Source of the DNA: Octopus bimaculoides
Lineage: Eukaryota
Direction of reading: 5' to 3'
NCBI RefSeq assembly: GCF_001194135.2
Contig: NC_068981.1
Coordinates: 71,242,434-71,306,433, forward strand
DNA length: 64,000 bases
This document shows positions 23,890-37,414 of the stretch, one piece after another. How positions within the stretch are numbered: position 1 is the stretch's first letter; every line of letters begins with the position of its first letter. Made by a program: the position numbers and the translations under genes. A model generated the notes under the pieces. It did not search any database. It worked only from the letters and a program-made list of their open reading frames with translations, and was not told where the DNA came from.

Positions 23890-25637
23890 TCTGTATATCT
23901 ATAAAAAGCAGGATGTCTGTGAGTGTGTACGTGAATGTAATTTATGCACGTCCACAAATTAGCACGCATGTCGCTCCAATTTTAGGAGGACATTTGTCAT
24001 GACTCTAGCTGGGTTTTGTCAATATATTTTTCACGAGGCACCCACGGATAGCGGTAAAAATCGATTTTCAACCATAACTTTTACCAATTTTAAAGTTTGC
24101 TAACATGAGTTAAGTCCCCTTCTTGCCATAGCGAAGTGAAAGTGCGTGTGTGTATGTGTGTGTAAGGGAGAGAGAAAAGTTGCGTGTTGATGTATCTGTG
24201 TGTGAGGGAGAGAGAGAGAGAGATAGAATGACAGCGTCTAACAAAAAATGTAAAGAGAAAGTGTATGTGAGGGAGAGAGAGAGAGAGTATGACGGCGTCC
24301 AACAAAAATGTTATTATTTTGATATTATTAATAATATTTTTCTATCTTTATACAATAAGTATTTTATATAAATTCATTTGGTACTTATTGTTGGTTAATA
24401 TATACATTTATTTATTATTATTATTGTTGTATTTTGACCTGAAGATTAGCTGTATTTTTGAATAGAATTGATTTTCGATAATTTTAGTCGATTTTAATCG
24501 ATTTAAATTTACTTTCTATTTGAAAATTAGTTATGAAACNNNNNNNNNNNNNNNNNNNNNNNNNNNNNNNNNNNNNNNNNNNNNNNNNNNNNNNNNNNNN
24601 NNNNNNNNNNNNNNNNNNNNNNNNNNNNNNNNNNNNNNNNNNNNNNNNNNNNNNNNNNNNNNNNNNNNNNNNNNNNNNNNNNNNNNNNNNNNNNNNNNNN
24701 NNNNNNNNNNNNNNNNNNNATATAATAGCGTGCAAACCTTCGATGCAACCTTCTCCAATGCAGATCTTCGATACAGATCTCCGAGGCAACCTTCTCCAAT
24801 GCATATCTTCGATGCATCCTTCACCGATAGTACCCCTAGGAGGGGTTAGGACTAGATCGGGATTAGCTGCTGCCTTTTAGAGGCTCCCGAGCCCTCTTTC
24901 GCTAGGTTAGTGATCCTAACATAACCTCTTCTAACACAGAGGATCGGGAGCCTTTTTGAGCGTTCTATTTTCCTTGCCGGAAGGGCTCCTAACCCATTGG
25001 CAAAGGGGGGTTAGATGATGGGGGTGGTTTCGAAAGGGCCAGCACGTGCAACCTGATCACTTCTGCCGGTCAAGCTCCCAACCCATGTGACCCCGTCGCG
25101 ACACTGATTATGCAGAACTGGGTTGAGTACGAAAACCAACTTTAAAGTATAAATATAGATTTTTTTGAATCAGCAATGTAGTGTTCGGTTAAGTCCTATT
25201 TGGGGTGGAAAAATCAATAAACTGATTCCTTATGGTGTTTTCCATTCAATCAGGATGAAAAATCGATAAACCGATCCCCTTATAAGATTTCCCACTAAAA
25301 TTGGCTACACCCCATTTTCAATCACAGCTTTTACCAATTTTGACGTATTTTGTTCAAACTTGATGCCGGCGTTACTTAGGACTCACGAAATCTTTGAATG
25401 CTTTAAGTTCTCCAAAAAAAAAAAAGACAATCGATTTGTGGATAAATCGATAAACCGACTCCTTATAGGATTTCCCAATCAAATTGTCTGTAACCCATTT
25501 TCAGCCAAACGTTTACCAATTTCGACGGATTTCGCTCAAATTTGACGCCGGTGTTACTTAGTTTGGTTTGAAACAAAGCGCTTGATTAGCTTAATAATCC
25601 TAACTTAATCTCGGACAACGACGAGTTATACTGCTAG
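23890..25637 (+). mobile_element. Non-autonomous Helitron (~1.75 kb, contains an N-gap)
   Basis: 5' a|tc...tatatctataaaaagcaggatgtctgt. 3' ctcggacaacgacgag hairpin, then ttatactgCTAG|t (25634-25637). No TSD, A/T insertion site. Related aaatcga...ttttaccaattt motifs at ~24060 and 25260-25561 suggest both ends belong to one element. Confidence 0.72.
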
Positions 25638-28600
25638 TTTCTGAAATATTTGCCTCTTGGTTTAATTTTCTTTTTTTAGATTTTTTTTTTTTTTTGTTAT
25701 CGTCTCCTGTATATTTATTTTCTGTAATACAACGTTTATTTGGACTATATGTTCTTCAACAAGAAGGCTTATGTGACATTGGCTGTTGCGTATGTTAATC
25801 TGTTTCTATTAATGTTTACATTTATTTTCAGTATATCAAAAGCTCACGTTACTTTTTTTCATTGGTACTGTTATTTTATTATTAAATTCTGTTTACAAAG
25901 TATTTCGTTGGGATTCAGGAAAAATTTATCGATTTCAATTTAACTTTTTCGAACTTAGATGATTCTTATTTTCAAAATTTCTAACTTTCTAACTTTAAGT
26001 ATTAGCTCTATCGAATATTCAATAATATTCATATTTCTGTTGGTGTAGTTCTGGTTTAGCTTTTTGGAGTTGATGTTCTGGAGATACTTTGGGGGTTCCA
26101 TTTTCCTAAGGTTTGTTCTTTTTCTTTGTGATGATTAGGCTACATATATTTACTTGATTCAGGGTATACAATTCTAATACCTTTATTTCAGCAACTTCGC
26201 CCGTTCTTTAGCGAAGGGAATACAGGAATAAATGATATAGTTCCATCAAAAGAAAGAAAAGTTACACAAATTAGAAATAAAATACATTACCAATATATGC
26301 TGTACATTTTTATAGAAGTGTATTTTACTGTGATTGTTTCGATAGATTATTTTCTGTGTCTTCTTTAAAGCACTTTATTTGGGTCTAGAATACGACGTTC
26401 GTGAAAATGATTTTGCATACACCCTAGCACACACATACAGACGCATATATATATATACATATATAATGTGTGTGTGGTGGGGTGTTTGTATGTGCGTGTG
26501 TGTATGTATGTGCGTATGCAGGTATTTATGTATTATTGTGTATGTATGCCTGTGCGGTTTTGTGCGTGGGAGAGGCATGTACATTGTTATATTAGCTTGT
26601 GTAAGATTATATGAAAAGGAGAGTGAACTTTTGTTTTTTAGCCTGCAGGGTTTGTTTTACTTTTAATCAAGCCGAATTTTCTACAACTGTATTTTATATA
26701 TAGTTTTGTTTTTTATTTCATTTGCTTAAGTTATTACCTTCATCTGATTTCTATAGATTTGACCATGTGGTTATATTTCTATCTAGATTAAATGTAGGAA
26801 CATTTCCGCCTCTTAATTCATATCTACACTTCCCATCTGGCAGTTATCTGGTGGGTGTTCTGGAGATTTAATACTTAATGTATCTTTCAGCACTTTTTCT
26901 CTACTCACACCAGTAGTTTCCCTGGGAAATTATAATTACAGTGTTCTACTTATTTCCTTCTTGCCTCGACAAATTATCGAAGCAACCAGAATTAGATCAG
27001 TTTCGATTCTCCAGGGAAATGGCTTCAATCCACTTATACAAACAAAGCTGTTAGAAAATTAGTAGCATCAAATCATTCCATTTCCAACTGTTAAAATTAA
27101 AAACCACAAGTCGTTGTTTTGTCCAAATTGTAACAATACATGCATAAACATGCCTTTTTTTCCATTCGGGAAGACATCTCTCAAGTATTGGAACAGATAA
27201 TACCCCCTCTCTTCCTCTCAAAATTATTGGCTTTATGCCAAAATCAGAAATCATTGTTTCACTTATGTGAAAGACATATCAAGTACCGCAGCTCTCAAGA
27301 AATACAAGTATTTCAGTATAAAAGCAAGTAACAATGAAGCACATAAACTTAATTACCCTACACGTATCACCACGAACGTTGTGAAAGCCATTTCGGATAA
27401 ATACCTTAAGTGACTTAATACACTTGCTAATATCGTCTTTCAAGAATATACACCAACGGAGACGACATATTCTGATATAAAAACAACATATCGCATCACT
27501 CTTCGTACCAGCAAGCTATTTTGATGAAAACACGTTTTCATATAATAAAATACTTAAATAAATTTTAAAAACTACCAGAGTAAACACTTTGGGAAACACT
27601 TTATACATTACAACAATCACCTCCACGGATACACCAGGACATCCTCTTAAATTAAAGAAAACATTATAACTGCAAATATAAAATGGAAAATTATAGACTG
27701 TGCAACATTATACACAAATTGTTCTGGAATCTGCGCGCCGCAGAAAAATATCACATAATCAAATAGAATACACACACGTAAAGTAAGATAAATAAAATCA
27801 TCACACTGCAGACACCAAAATGAATTCATTTTCAAAACATGACTCGACCTCTAAACAGAATAAGACAAACACCAAGCCCCCTCCAAACTCACATACACAC
27901 CACACGAAAAATGTTACCCGTAAGAAGTTAAAGTAATCATCCTAATAACAAATAAAACACACATTACACTTATACATACACAAAAGCATGTAACAAGAGT
28001 TTACCATAAACATTCACGCATAAACATGCTGAACCACACGCAATTTCAAAAACCCTTTGATCACCACATACACACTACAGACGGGCACACACACACACAT
28101 ACAGACAGACAAACGCGCTTATGTCCTTGTAACTCAAACATCACATGTTTTTCAGTGGATTAAACAAACAAAAACCTTTAATTATCTTAACGGTTGATAT
28201 AAACAAGTCATACCAAACTATTACCCATAAATGAAAATTCAAACATTGCAGCTAAAATCACAAAAACATGCGGAATCATTATCAACGCATAAAGCAAAAA
28301 GCTTTAATAATCACAACACACACACACGCAAGCACGCACACAACCACACACACACATACATACATACATACATACATACATACATACATACATACACAGA
28401 CAAGCCGTAGCGTGTTGAAAGAATATATGCCCCCTCAATGAAAGAGCAAAATCTTCAATTTATTTACCATACACTTTCTAAATGCAATACCAAAATCATT
28501 CAACTATATCACTTCTCCATAATTAAATTACCATAATTAGCTTCACTGTTAAATTGACTCACAAACAAGTTCGGGCAACAAAATTGGCAAACACATTGCA

Positions 28601-28820
28601 AAACTAGATAAAATTGAACAAATCATTCAAAAATATGGTGCCTTGGATAAATTAAAAGACAAATCCAAATGTCAAATTAAAAACATAATTCTCTTCTCAA
28701 GAAATACACACACACACACANNNNNNNNNNNNNNNNNNNNNNNNNNNNNNNNNNNNNNNNNNNNNNNNNNNNNNNNNNNNNNNNNNNNNNNNNNNNNNNN
28801 NNNNNNNNNNNNNNNNNNNN

Positions 28821-28922
28821 TATTTATATATATATATATTTATTTATATATATTTATTTATATATATTTAGTTATATATATATATATTTATTTGTATATA
28901 TATATATTTATTTATATATATT

Positions 28923-28961
<39 letters not shown>

Positions 28962-29307
28962 ATTTATTTATATGTATATATATATTATTTATATATATTT
29001 ATTCATAAATATTTATTTATATATATTTATTTATATATATTTATTTATATCACTTTATTTATATATATTTATTTATATATATATTTATTTATATATATTT
29101 ATTTATATCACTTTATTTATATATATTTATATATATATATATATATATATATTTATTTATATATATTATTTATATATATATATATTTATATATATTGATT
29201 TATATTTATTTATATATATTTATTTATATATATTTATTTATATATATATATATATTTATTTATATATATATTTATTTATATATATATATATTTATTTATA
29301 TATATAT

Positions 29308-29353
<46 letters not shown>

Positions 29354-29373
29354 TCTCTCTTATATATATATAA
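28821..29373. repeat. ~550-bp almost pure A/T low-complexity tract ((TA)n interspersed with TTTA)
   Basis: Directly visible next to the 100-N gap. Confidence 0.95.
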
Positions 29374-32300
29374 ATGAGAGTAGGGAAAGAGAGCAGGGAC
29401 GTCTCTACCTTCCCTGAGGATATATGAGTCGTTGTAGGAAGACAAGCATTCCTTATTTTTTTTAGTCTTGAGTTCTTTCTTGGAGTGGATGACGATTAAA
29501 TCGATCGCCTTATCGAACCAGTTATTTGTGGGCTAGTGGGCGGATGTATGCGTGTGTGGATTCATCGTCTTAGAAATGGATGTATTTTTATATGCTAGAT
29601 ATAGCATCTAACATATAGATATAGATCTAATGAAGAATGTTGCTATCAAAATGTTTTAAATTCATGAACATAGGCGCTAACTATATCACTTTTGCATTCC
29701 CATCCCTAATTTCTCACAACTACATATCTAAAATACATGTCATATTTTTAAAAAGATAAATTATAAACAAAGTATGCATAAAGTTTGCATATTTTTGTCC
29801 TGAAAGCACCTCTACTTGAATAATTAATAAAGTAATTACTCACAGTTATCATATTAGGTATTCTCCATTGGTTTTCTAATAGTTACAATTACAGTTCATA
29901 AAGGTGGAAAAAAACATTAAAACGTACACCTTATAGAGTCAAGATATTTTTTAAAGGTATTAGCTAATATAATCTATAGTTTCAGTTATAAACTAGATCA
30001 AACATATATCTATGCAAATATATTTAAACTCATATGATATTCCATTACTGATGTTCAGCTTGGAATTACTTGAAGAAACTAATTAATATATAACTAGAAT
30101 TTTACTAAACAAACGTAGTTTGTAGATATATAAGCCGTTGTAATGTTCAATAGATTTAGAATCTGCCCTATCGAAATACACGGTTTTACTTTCTCATTTA
30201 CAATACCATGACATAAATACGATTTCATTCAATAATACTATATGATTTGCCTGCAAACAACAATGATATCGCATTTAGAAACAAAACTGTGTTGTGAATA
30301 ATTGAAATATTTCACAGAAAGATAGTAAAATGAATAAGATAACCTCGAACACGGATTGAATTAGTAATATCTTCTGCATATCATGGGCTTCACTTAACTG
30401 GTAACTTTATATCGAAGACACAAATTATAGCCATTCAGTATAATGAGGATAAGGTTATATAAGTTAATTATATTACAATGACAAGAAGACTACGTATAAG
30501 TTTTAGATTAGCCTTACCAGTACGTTTGAAAATGATAGCTATGTTTATAGAAAATACTTGCAAAATTTTATTCGACATTTTCCAGATTTCTTATAACAAG
30601 TCTTTTGCTTAATGCAAAGGATCTAATCAACTTCTTCATACTATTACGTACTTATATCAATAAACACATAAACACAACTTATGATTCCAAAACGTATTCT
30701 GCTGGTGAGCTTCATTTTCGTTGATAAAAATACATCCCAGTATTATTTTGTGGTAGATCCAATCGACTAAATCCTCCGTCGTTACAGCAACGTCTCTTGA
30801 GAATAGCTGACTTTAAAGCAATAAAAATCTGATTTCGTTAGCTTGTAACTAAGAATCTGAGGAAACTGTGGCCTATATTAGAACCAGTTGCACAATGATG
30901 ATCTCTATAAATCCTCTCCTTTTCAACTGTAACACTTCCTTGCAGTCATCGACCCACATAATACTAAGCAAATCATCAGCTTCATTGGCCTTTCTTAGTC
31001 TGGAGTAAGATAGACTCTCAGATTAAAATATTTCTAAATGGTACGATACCTGAGTAAAATTCCAAGTTCCATTTTCAAGGATAGTAAATTGGTTAGAATT
31101 AGAACATAATATGTACTTTATTTTTTAACTACACACTTAGATTACGTTTAAATCTACACTATAGGCGTTATACAATTGGTAGAGCAAAAATAAGTTTGAA
31201 TTCTAAGCTAACAAGAGAATAAGGTGGTGTTGTTAACAAATCATCTCTGTAAATGTCCTTTAGAATACCATTTGATGAATAATGATTGTGGGTGCATGAA
31301 TGCATATATGTATAAATCTCTTATACAGTTCTTTAACTTTATACTTGTGAAAAGCGTTGGTTCATAAATTTGAAACAGAAATCTATAAACAGAATTTAAA
31401 TATGAGAAGCTAGAACCTTATAAAAATCACTGTTCAGCTGAGAGACTAAATTTGCACAATATTTTTTAGCAAGATTATTGTTTAAGCACATAGAAACGTG
31501 ACTGAATATGCTGATTATTATAGGTACAAATGTGAATAGATAAGTTTTAGTTTCTAAACAGTTACCAATAAATGTTCTATTTCTTTCCTGATCCCGATAA
31601 TATACTGGATTTTGTACATATTTATGTATACATGCATGTATTTATGTATATGTACTCAGATTTTATTCATTAAAGTTATCAAAGTTATCATATCTACAAT
31701 TAAGAAACAACGTTATTTTCTCGAAATTAAGATATTACTAGATAAAAAATCAAGAAAGGAACTTGCACATCTTCATTGACTTTCTTAGGAAACTATTTAG
31801 ATAATTCTCAACATAGACAATATTTTGTATCTTTATTCCGGATATTTCTCCAAGAAGCTTCTAGCTTAGGAAGAAAGTAAAATATTTGTATAAAGCAAAT
31901 TATAACCTTGCCTATCAGAACAATAATTACTACATTAAGTATATGTTATTATGGGAAGAAGCTGCATTGGTACTCCTTAAACAGTCAGTAACAGAGCCAA
32001 GTTTACAAATGATCAAAGGTTTGAATATGTAATTCTGTCTTTTCGATGATTTTATCTGTAATGTTCACAACAATTTCCGTGAACTGCTATGTATATTGAT
32101 ACTACATACTAGACTGTTTTCTTTTATGAAAAAAGATCATATATAATCTTTATGTCTTCTATTAAATAAAATTGTTTAACAGCCCAGCTGTCTTCGTATG
32201 GAATGTCATCTAAGTACTTCTTGGTTATTTCCTTTTTAGCATATTAAATGTTCTCATTCTATAAGACTTAAATGAATGGATACGTATACAACAAAAATAA

Positions 32301-33692
32301 GAATATTCTATCCAATAATTTAAAATATCTGTTTATATCTGGTTAAGTACCATAAGTAAGATAGTATGCTCTTGCAACATGAAACAATGAAGAAGCTATG
32401 AGCGATTCGGAATGATTATTTTCCAATTGTTGTATAAACAGTATTTTCCAATTGTTATATAAGCAATTTTTTGACAACAGTAATATTCTTCTCTTTTAAA
32501 AACTAATAAATGCATCCCCGACACACACAAAAAATCGAAGCTCTTTCAAGATATCTTTCGGTTTGATTCTATATTTTTACCAGAACATTTTCTGTCTTCT
32601 GTAAAGTGCATCACAAAAGACTGATAGTTATTGAAAAACAATTGTTGACAAATTTACTTATCAGACCGTAATATTGAATCTGTTGTTCGCACACATCTTT
32701 TGTATTCTCATTTAGTTCATCTATATGCCTCGTACTGCTTATTTCGGTCAAAGGGATTAGCCTTAGTTCTTCTGTTAGTGATATATGGCAAAACAATGCC
32801 CAGAACATGACAAACTTCTAACAGAATAAGTTCTTGAACAACTGGCATTTCAATACTTAGCGATCAACAACAAATTATATTGTGAAGTGTGTACTGTTTT
32901 TGTACTGTCAGACAAAACTTTGCATCGCATAATATCCTGCTTTTTATGCACCGTTTGCAAGTGGGTAATCAATTTGCAATGCTTCATTACTTCATTTAAC
33001 ATGTAAGTTACGTTGTTTACTGCTGATTCCTTTGAATTTATATAATCTGTACACCAGATAGCTGTTTACATTTGATGGTCTTTGAATCATAAATTAACTT
33101 TAGTTTCAAAATTTATCGTGACATTTTTATCATGAAATTTAATGAAAATACTAACTCAGCATACAGTCAACAATTGAAAAATAGAAACGTATGGTTATCT
33201 TCCCACAAGACTGATTGCAGTATCTAATCGCAAATATTAAATTTCAGCTGTAAGATTTTATCTAATGTAAATGGGATTAATTATTTTATCAAATTTCATT
33301 GAAATTTATATGAATTTAATTCTATTAAGTATCTGTACAATTATTTAATTTCAATTTTTTCTGGTTACCTAGGTTTCTTAATTGCATTAAAAAAAATTGT
33401 CAAGTTGCTAATACATAAACGAAGAAAGGGTATGACAATCCTGGCAATATTCGAACTCAAAGGCACTTCTTCTTGACGTGCTCTAGTGTACTTTTGTAGG
33501 TTTAGTAGCAGCACCACCTCGATACACATGAGGAATGCTCCAAAAAGATTGATAAGTAGGTTTTGTAAATGTGTTAGACAATGTTTCTCCCTTTTTAATA
33601 TTTTTTTCCAATTGTAAAATTATGAAATATTTCAATTTTTCATTTGTTTGTGTTTTTGCTTTAACTGAAAATAAACAGTATTCTTTCTACTA

Positions 33693-33883
33693 TAGGTACA
33701 AGGTCTGAAATTTGGGTGGGGAGGGCAATCGATTAGATCGACCCCAGTACGCAACTGGTACTTAATTTATCGACCCGGAAAGGATGTAAAGCAAAGTCGA
33801 CCTCGTCAGAATTTGAACTCAGAACGTAAAGACACACGAAATATCGTTAAGCATTTCGCCTGGCGATTTAACTATTCTGCCAG
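33693..33883 (-). mobile_element. SINE family B variant with a different 3' tail
   Basis: tcgaccccagtacgcaactggtactt...aaagtcgacctc...gaactcagaacgt...aagcatttcgcc is the reverse complement of the family B core. Confidence 0.85.
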
Positions 33884-34547
33884 AAAAGGAACAGTGTTAT
33901 CGCTAAAAACATTCTGGTCGAGACATTTCTAATTAATTTGTGTGATTGATTTGCTATTAAGTGGCGTTTAAATTTATCAGCATATCTCTATTTAGAAATC
34001 TTAGTTTTAAATCTCGATGAGATGCTTCTAAAATGTGTCACAAAGTGGCTGGAAAATACTAACACTATTTTTTTCCTTGATAAAATAGTTTGCCAAAACC
34101 AATGCTATTCTCTCTAGATATAATACTGAACATCAATGAAATAAAGTGACGATTGTACATCTGAATAACATTTTAACTGTCTAACGCAAGAGTGAATAAA
34201 CATCACTATATTTGCTGATTTTATGAGACCTTTGAGACCCTTAAATATGCCCTCTGGAAAAAGCATGGATTTTCTTTTATAAATACATTTATATTTATTC
34301 CGTTTTTCTTAAATTCTTGAGAATCATCAAAAGATCAATTTGCATTTCTATTTCCTATTTTAATGTTTTCAATTACATTTTCACAATAAATGTATTTAGA
34401 TTTTTTTTTATCTATTTCAACTCGACCTTCAGATTACAAAACATTGTCTTTCTGAACCTGCTCATTTGGGTAAAAATACGAATAACATGCTTATTGCAGT
34501 TAATAATAAAATGCATATTTCGGTGATATTCCGCCCGAATGTATCAG

Positions 34548-34593
<46 letters not shown>

Positions 34594-35148
34594 ACACGCA
34601 CGCACACACACACACACACACACACACGCGCGCACACACACACATATATATATATGAGAGTCATTCTTATCAAGTCTACTTTGTAGAGGAAATAAAAGAT
34701 TTCATTCAATATGACCAGACTATGGAGATGTTTATCCTGGCGCAGGTTCAAATGTAGAATTGAAGCCACTTGGCTACTTAACGAAACACTCTTTATTAAA
34801 TTCCCTATGCTAAACGTCATAGCGTTTTAAATCTCATAGCAACAGAAACAACATTATCAGTGATAAAGTAGGAACTGGTAGACATTTGAGATAATACATT
34901 AATGGTAAAAGAAGATAAATGGTATTCGAATCTTTAGACTATGAGTTACGTAAGCATTAACTCGCTCTCACTACGGTCATTCTTTCATAAATATTTATTT
35001 TCTCGACAAATTCAGTAACTTTTAATTAGAATGCTATTATATGACTACTTATTTTATAGCCAACACTACACTACAAGAGTATCTTCTACAAGTGCTACAC
35101 AGGAACGAAGATCAGTTGTTCGTGTAAGTGAATTTGAGATTCGGCGTC

Positions 35149-35389
35149 TACCTGACTTTTATACAATCTCCTTGAACATTTTAGCTGATAGAAGTAGTAC
35201 ATAGTAATACTGGTAAACGACGTTACTGCGTTAATAAATTTTGCCTTTCATCGCTTATTTTACTTCACTGTTTTCCAAGAGTTTACATCTGTTATTTGAT
35301 TGATGAAGTGCTGTGCACGGTCAAGTACCAACCATTCAGAGAGATACAGTAATTATAGTGAATTTTGTTGGTTAATGTGTACGATCCAA
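35149..35389 (+). repeat. 241-bp direct duplication, copy 1 (copy 2 at 37415-37655)
   Basis: Ungapped alignment, 11 substitutions counted in 241 bp (about 95%). Confidence 0.92.
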
Positions 35390-36568
35390 TTTATATATTT
35401 TTTAAAAGTTATAATGTTTGTGTGATATATTTGGCGTCATACTAATTGTACTACAGTAAATGGTTAAAAAAGTTCAATTCACGATCTCGAGGTCTCAGTA
35501 TAGGTATACTGTATTTCATGTGTGAATGAAATTTGGTCGACAGAATGTGTGCAGCATCCCGTTTGACAGATTGTGCTTGTAATGCAAATGCCTAGCTTTG
35601 ACACATACCTTTTCTCAGATTCTCTTAAAGGATTCGATGCATCTGTAATACTCAACTACTTACACGTAATTCAATGACTAGGCAGTCCTGTTGATTGAAC
35701 AATTGAATACTCATCATTGAACTCGACACATTCACTTACAATTTTCTTAACTATACCACAGTAACTGTAGACCTTTTTCACTAAAAAATTTTGGCATGCC
35801 GTAGCCTATTATTTATATGAATGAAAACGCATAATAATGTCCTTACCGTAGCATTTACACACAGGACAGTTCCTTCACAACCAAATTTTAATACGCAAAC
35901 TATAAAAACAGAAAACAAGAACTACATCTGACTTTTACACGAGGTTAACTTTTATTCCAGCATATACGGTATTTCTGTATGCATATATATTGTGTGCGCA
36001 CACGCATGCGTTTGTGTCTCTGTCTGCCAGTCTGTGTATGTTTGTGTATGTATATTGCATATATGTAAATGTGTGTATGTCTATGTGTGTAAACGACGAA
36101 GATACGAATGCAGATGTATTAATATTCTTTTCAATAATTGATTTGCAGACGTGTATTTTTTTTTTTTTTTTACTTTTTACTTTCTCATTGAATTGTCATA
36201 CAATGTTTTAAAATCCTTCCAGCAGTTGATCATTCTTTGCAAAAACTTTAGATACGTCATGTAAAGGAAGTCGTTGACTGATTTATTGTGTACTCTGTAC
36301 ACAATATATTGCGTCACTTAATTGCTTAGTGAGGGAGTGGTGAGACCTATACAAAAGCGAGGAGTTGATAGAGAATCACCTTGGAAAATGTGCAGTTTAT
36401 ATTGATGTCACCAACATTCACAGAATATGTCTATTAATTTAATATCCAAGATTGTCATTCAAAGCTTCATACTATTTGACAGAAAATTATAAATAAATGT
36501 AGACATTTGATACAGGCCCAAGCATTTCACAATTCAGCCATGTGGAAGGATACCAAACGCTTTTGTTG

Positions 36569-36573
36569 TTGTT

Positions 36574-36644
<71 letters not shown>

Positions 36645-36683
36645 CATTATTTTATTATCATTATTACTATTACTATTATTATT
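36569..36683. repeat. (ATT)n microsatellite
   Basis: Directly visible. Confidence 0.96.
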
Positions 36684-36852
36684 TCGTCGTTGTTGTTGCT
36701 TTGTTTTATACGGGTTGTTCCAAATCTCTCCGACAAACCTTAAATGATAAACTTGGATGTCTTATTGTGAATGTTGTCTATGGTTAACAATGACATATTG
36801 CAGTGCAAAGAGAATAGATACAGAGTTAAGATTTCGTTATCATTATTATTAT

Positions 36853-36980
36853 ACGTTCTGAATTCAAATTCCGTTGAGGCCGACTTTGCTTTGATCCTTT
36901 CGGGGTCGATGAAATAAGTACCAGTTGTGCACTTGGGTCGACGTAGTCGACTAACCTGCCCTAAAAAATTCCAGGTCTTC
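36853..36980 (+). mobile_element. SINE family B, 5'-truncated
   Basis: acgttctgaattcaaattcc...cctttcggggtcgatgaaataagtaccagtt...gggtcgacgtagtcgact. Confidence 0.8.
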
Positions 36981-36986
36981 TTTTTA

Positions 36987-37045
<59 letters not shown>

Positions 37046-37083
37046 TTGGTGGTGGTGGTGGTGGTGGTGGTGGTAGTAGTAGT

Positions 37084-37179
<96 letters not shown>

Positions 37180-37208
37180 CAGTAGTAGCAGTAGTAGCAG
37201 TAGTAGTA
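36987..37208. repeat. Compound (AGT)n/(GGT)n/(AGC) trinucleotide tract
   Basis: Directly visible. One extra A near 37085 shifts the phase. Confidence 0.96.
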
Positions 37209-37209
37209 T

Positions 37210-37414
37210 AAGACGGCGAGTTGGCTGAATTGTTAGTACGCTGGGCAAAGTGCTTAGTTGTGTTTTGTCCGTCTGTTCAAATTCCGTCGAGGTCGACTTT
37301 ATCTTTCATCCGTTCGAAGTCGATAAAATAAGTACCAGTTGAACACTGGAGTCGTTGTAATCGAGTTACACCTTCCCCCGAAATTGCTGACCCCACAAAA
37401 TTTGAAACCATTAT
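37210..37414 (+). mobile_element. SINE family B variant
   Basis: aagacggcgagttggctgaattgttagtacgctgggc...gaggtcgacttt...ataagtaccagtt...aaatttgaaaccattat. Confidence 0.82.

Noticed and set aside
26813-26921. - strand terminal exon ETTGVSREKVLKDTLSIKSPEHPPDNCQMGSVDMN*
   Set aside because: Plausible acceptor and downstream AATAAA, but 35 codons with no recognisable homology is within chance.
35080-35124. + strand exon ending at a strong gtaagt donor (CYTGTKISCS) as the missing first-cysteine exon
   Set aside because: It would add surplus cysteines, and another frame (ATQERRSVVR) looks like a mariner N-terminal relic.
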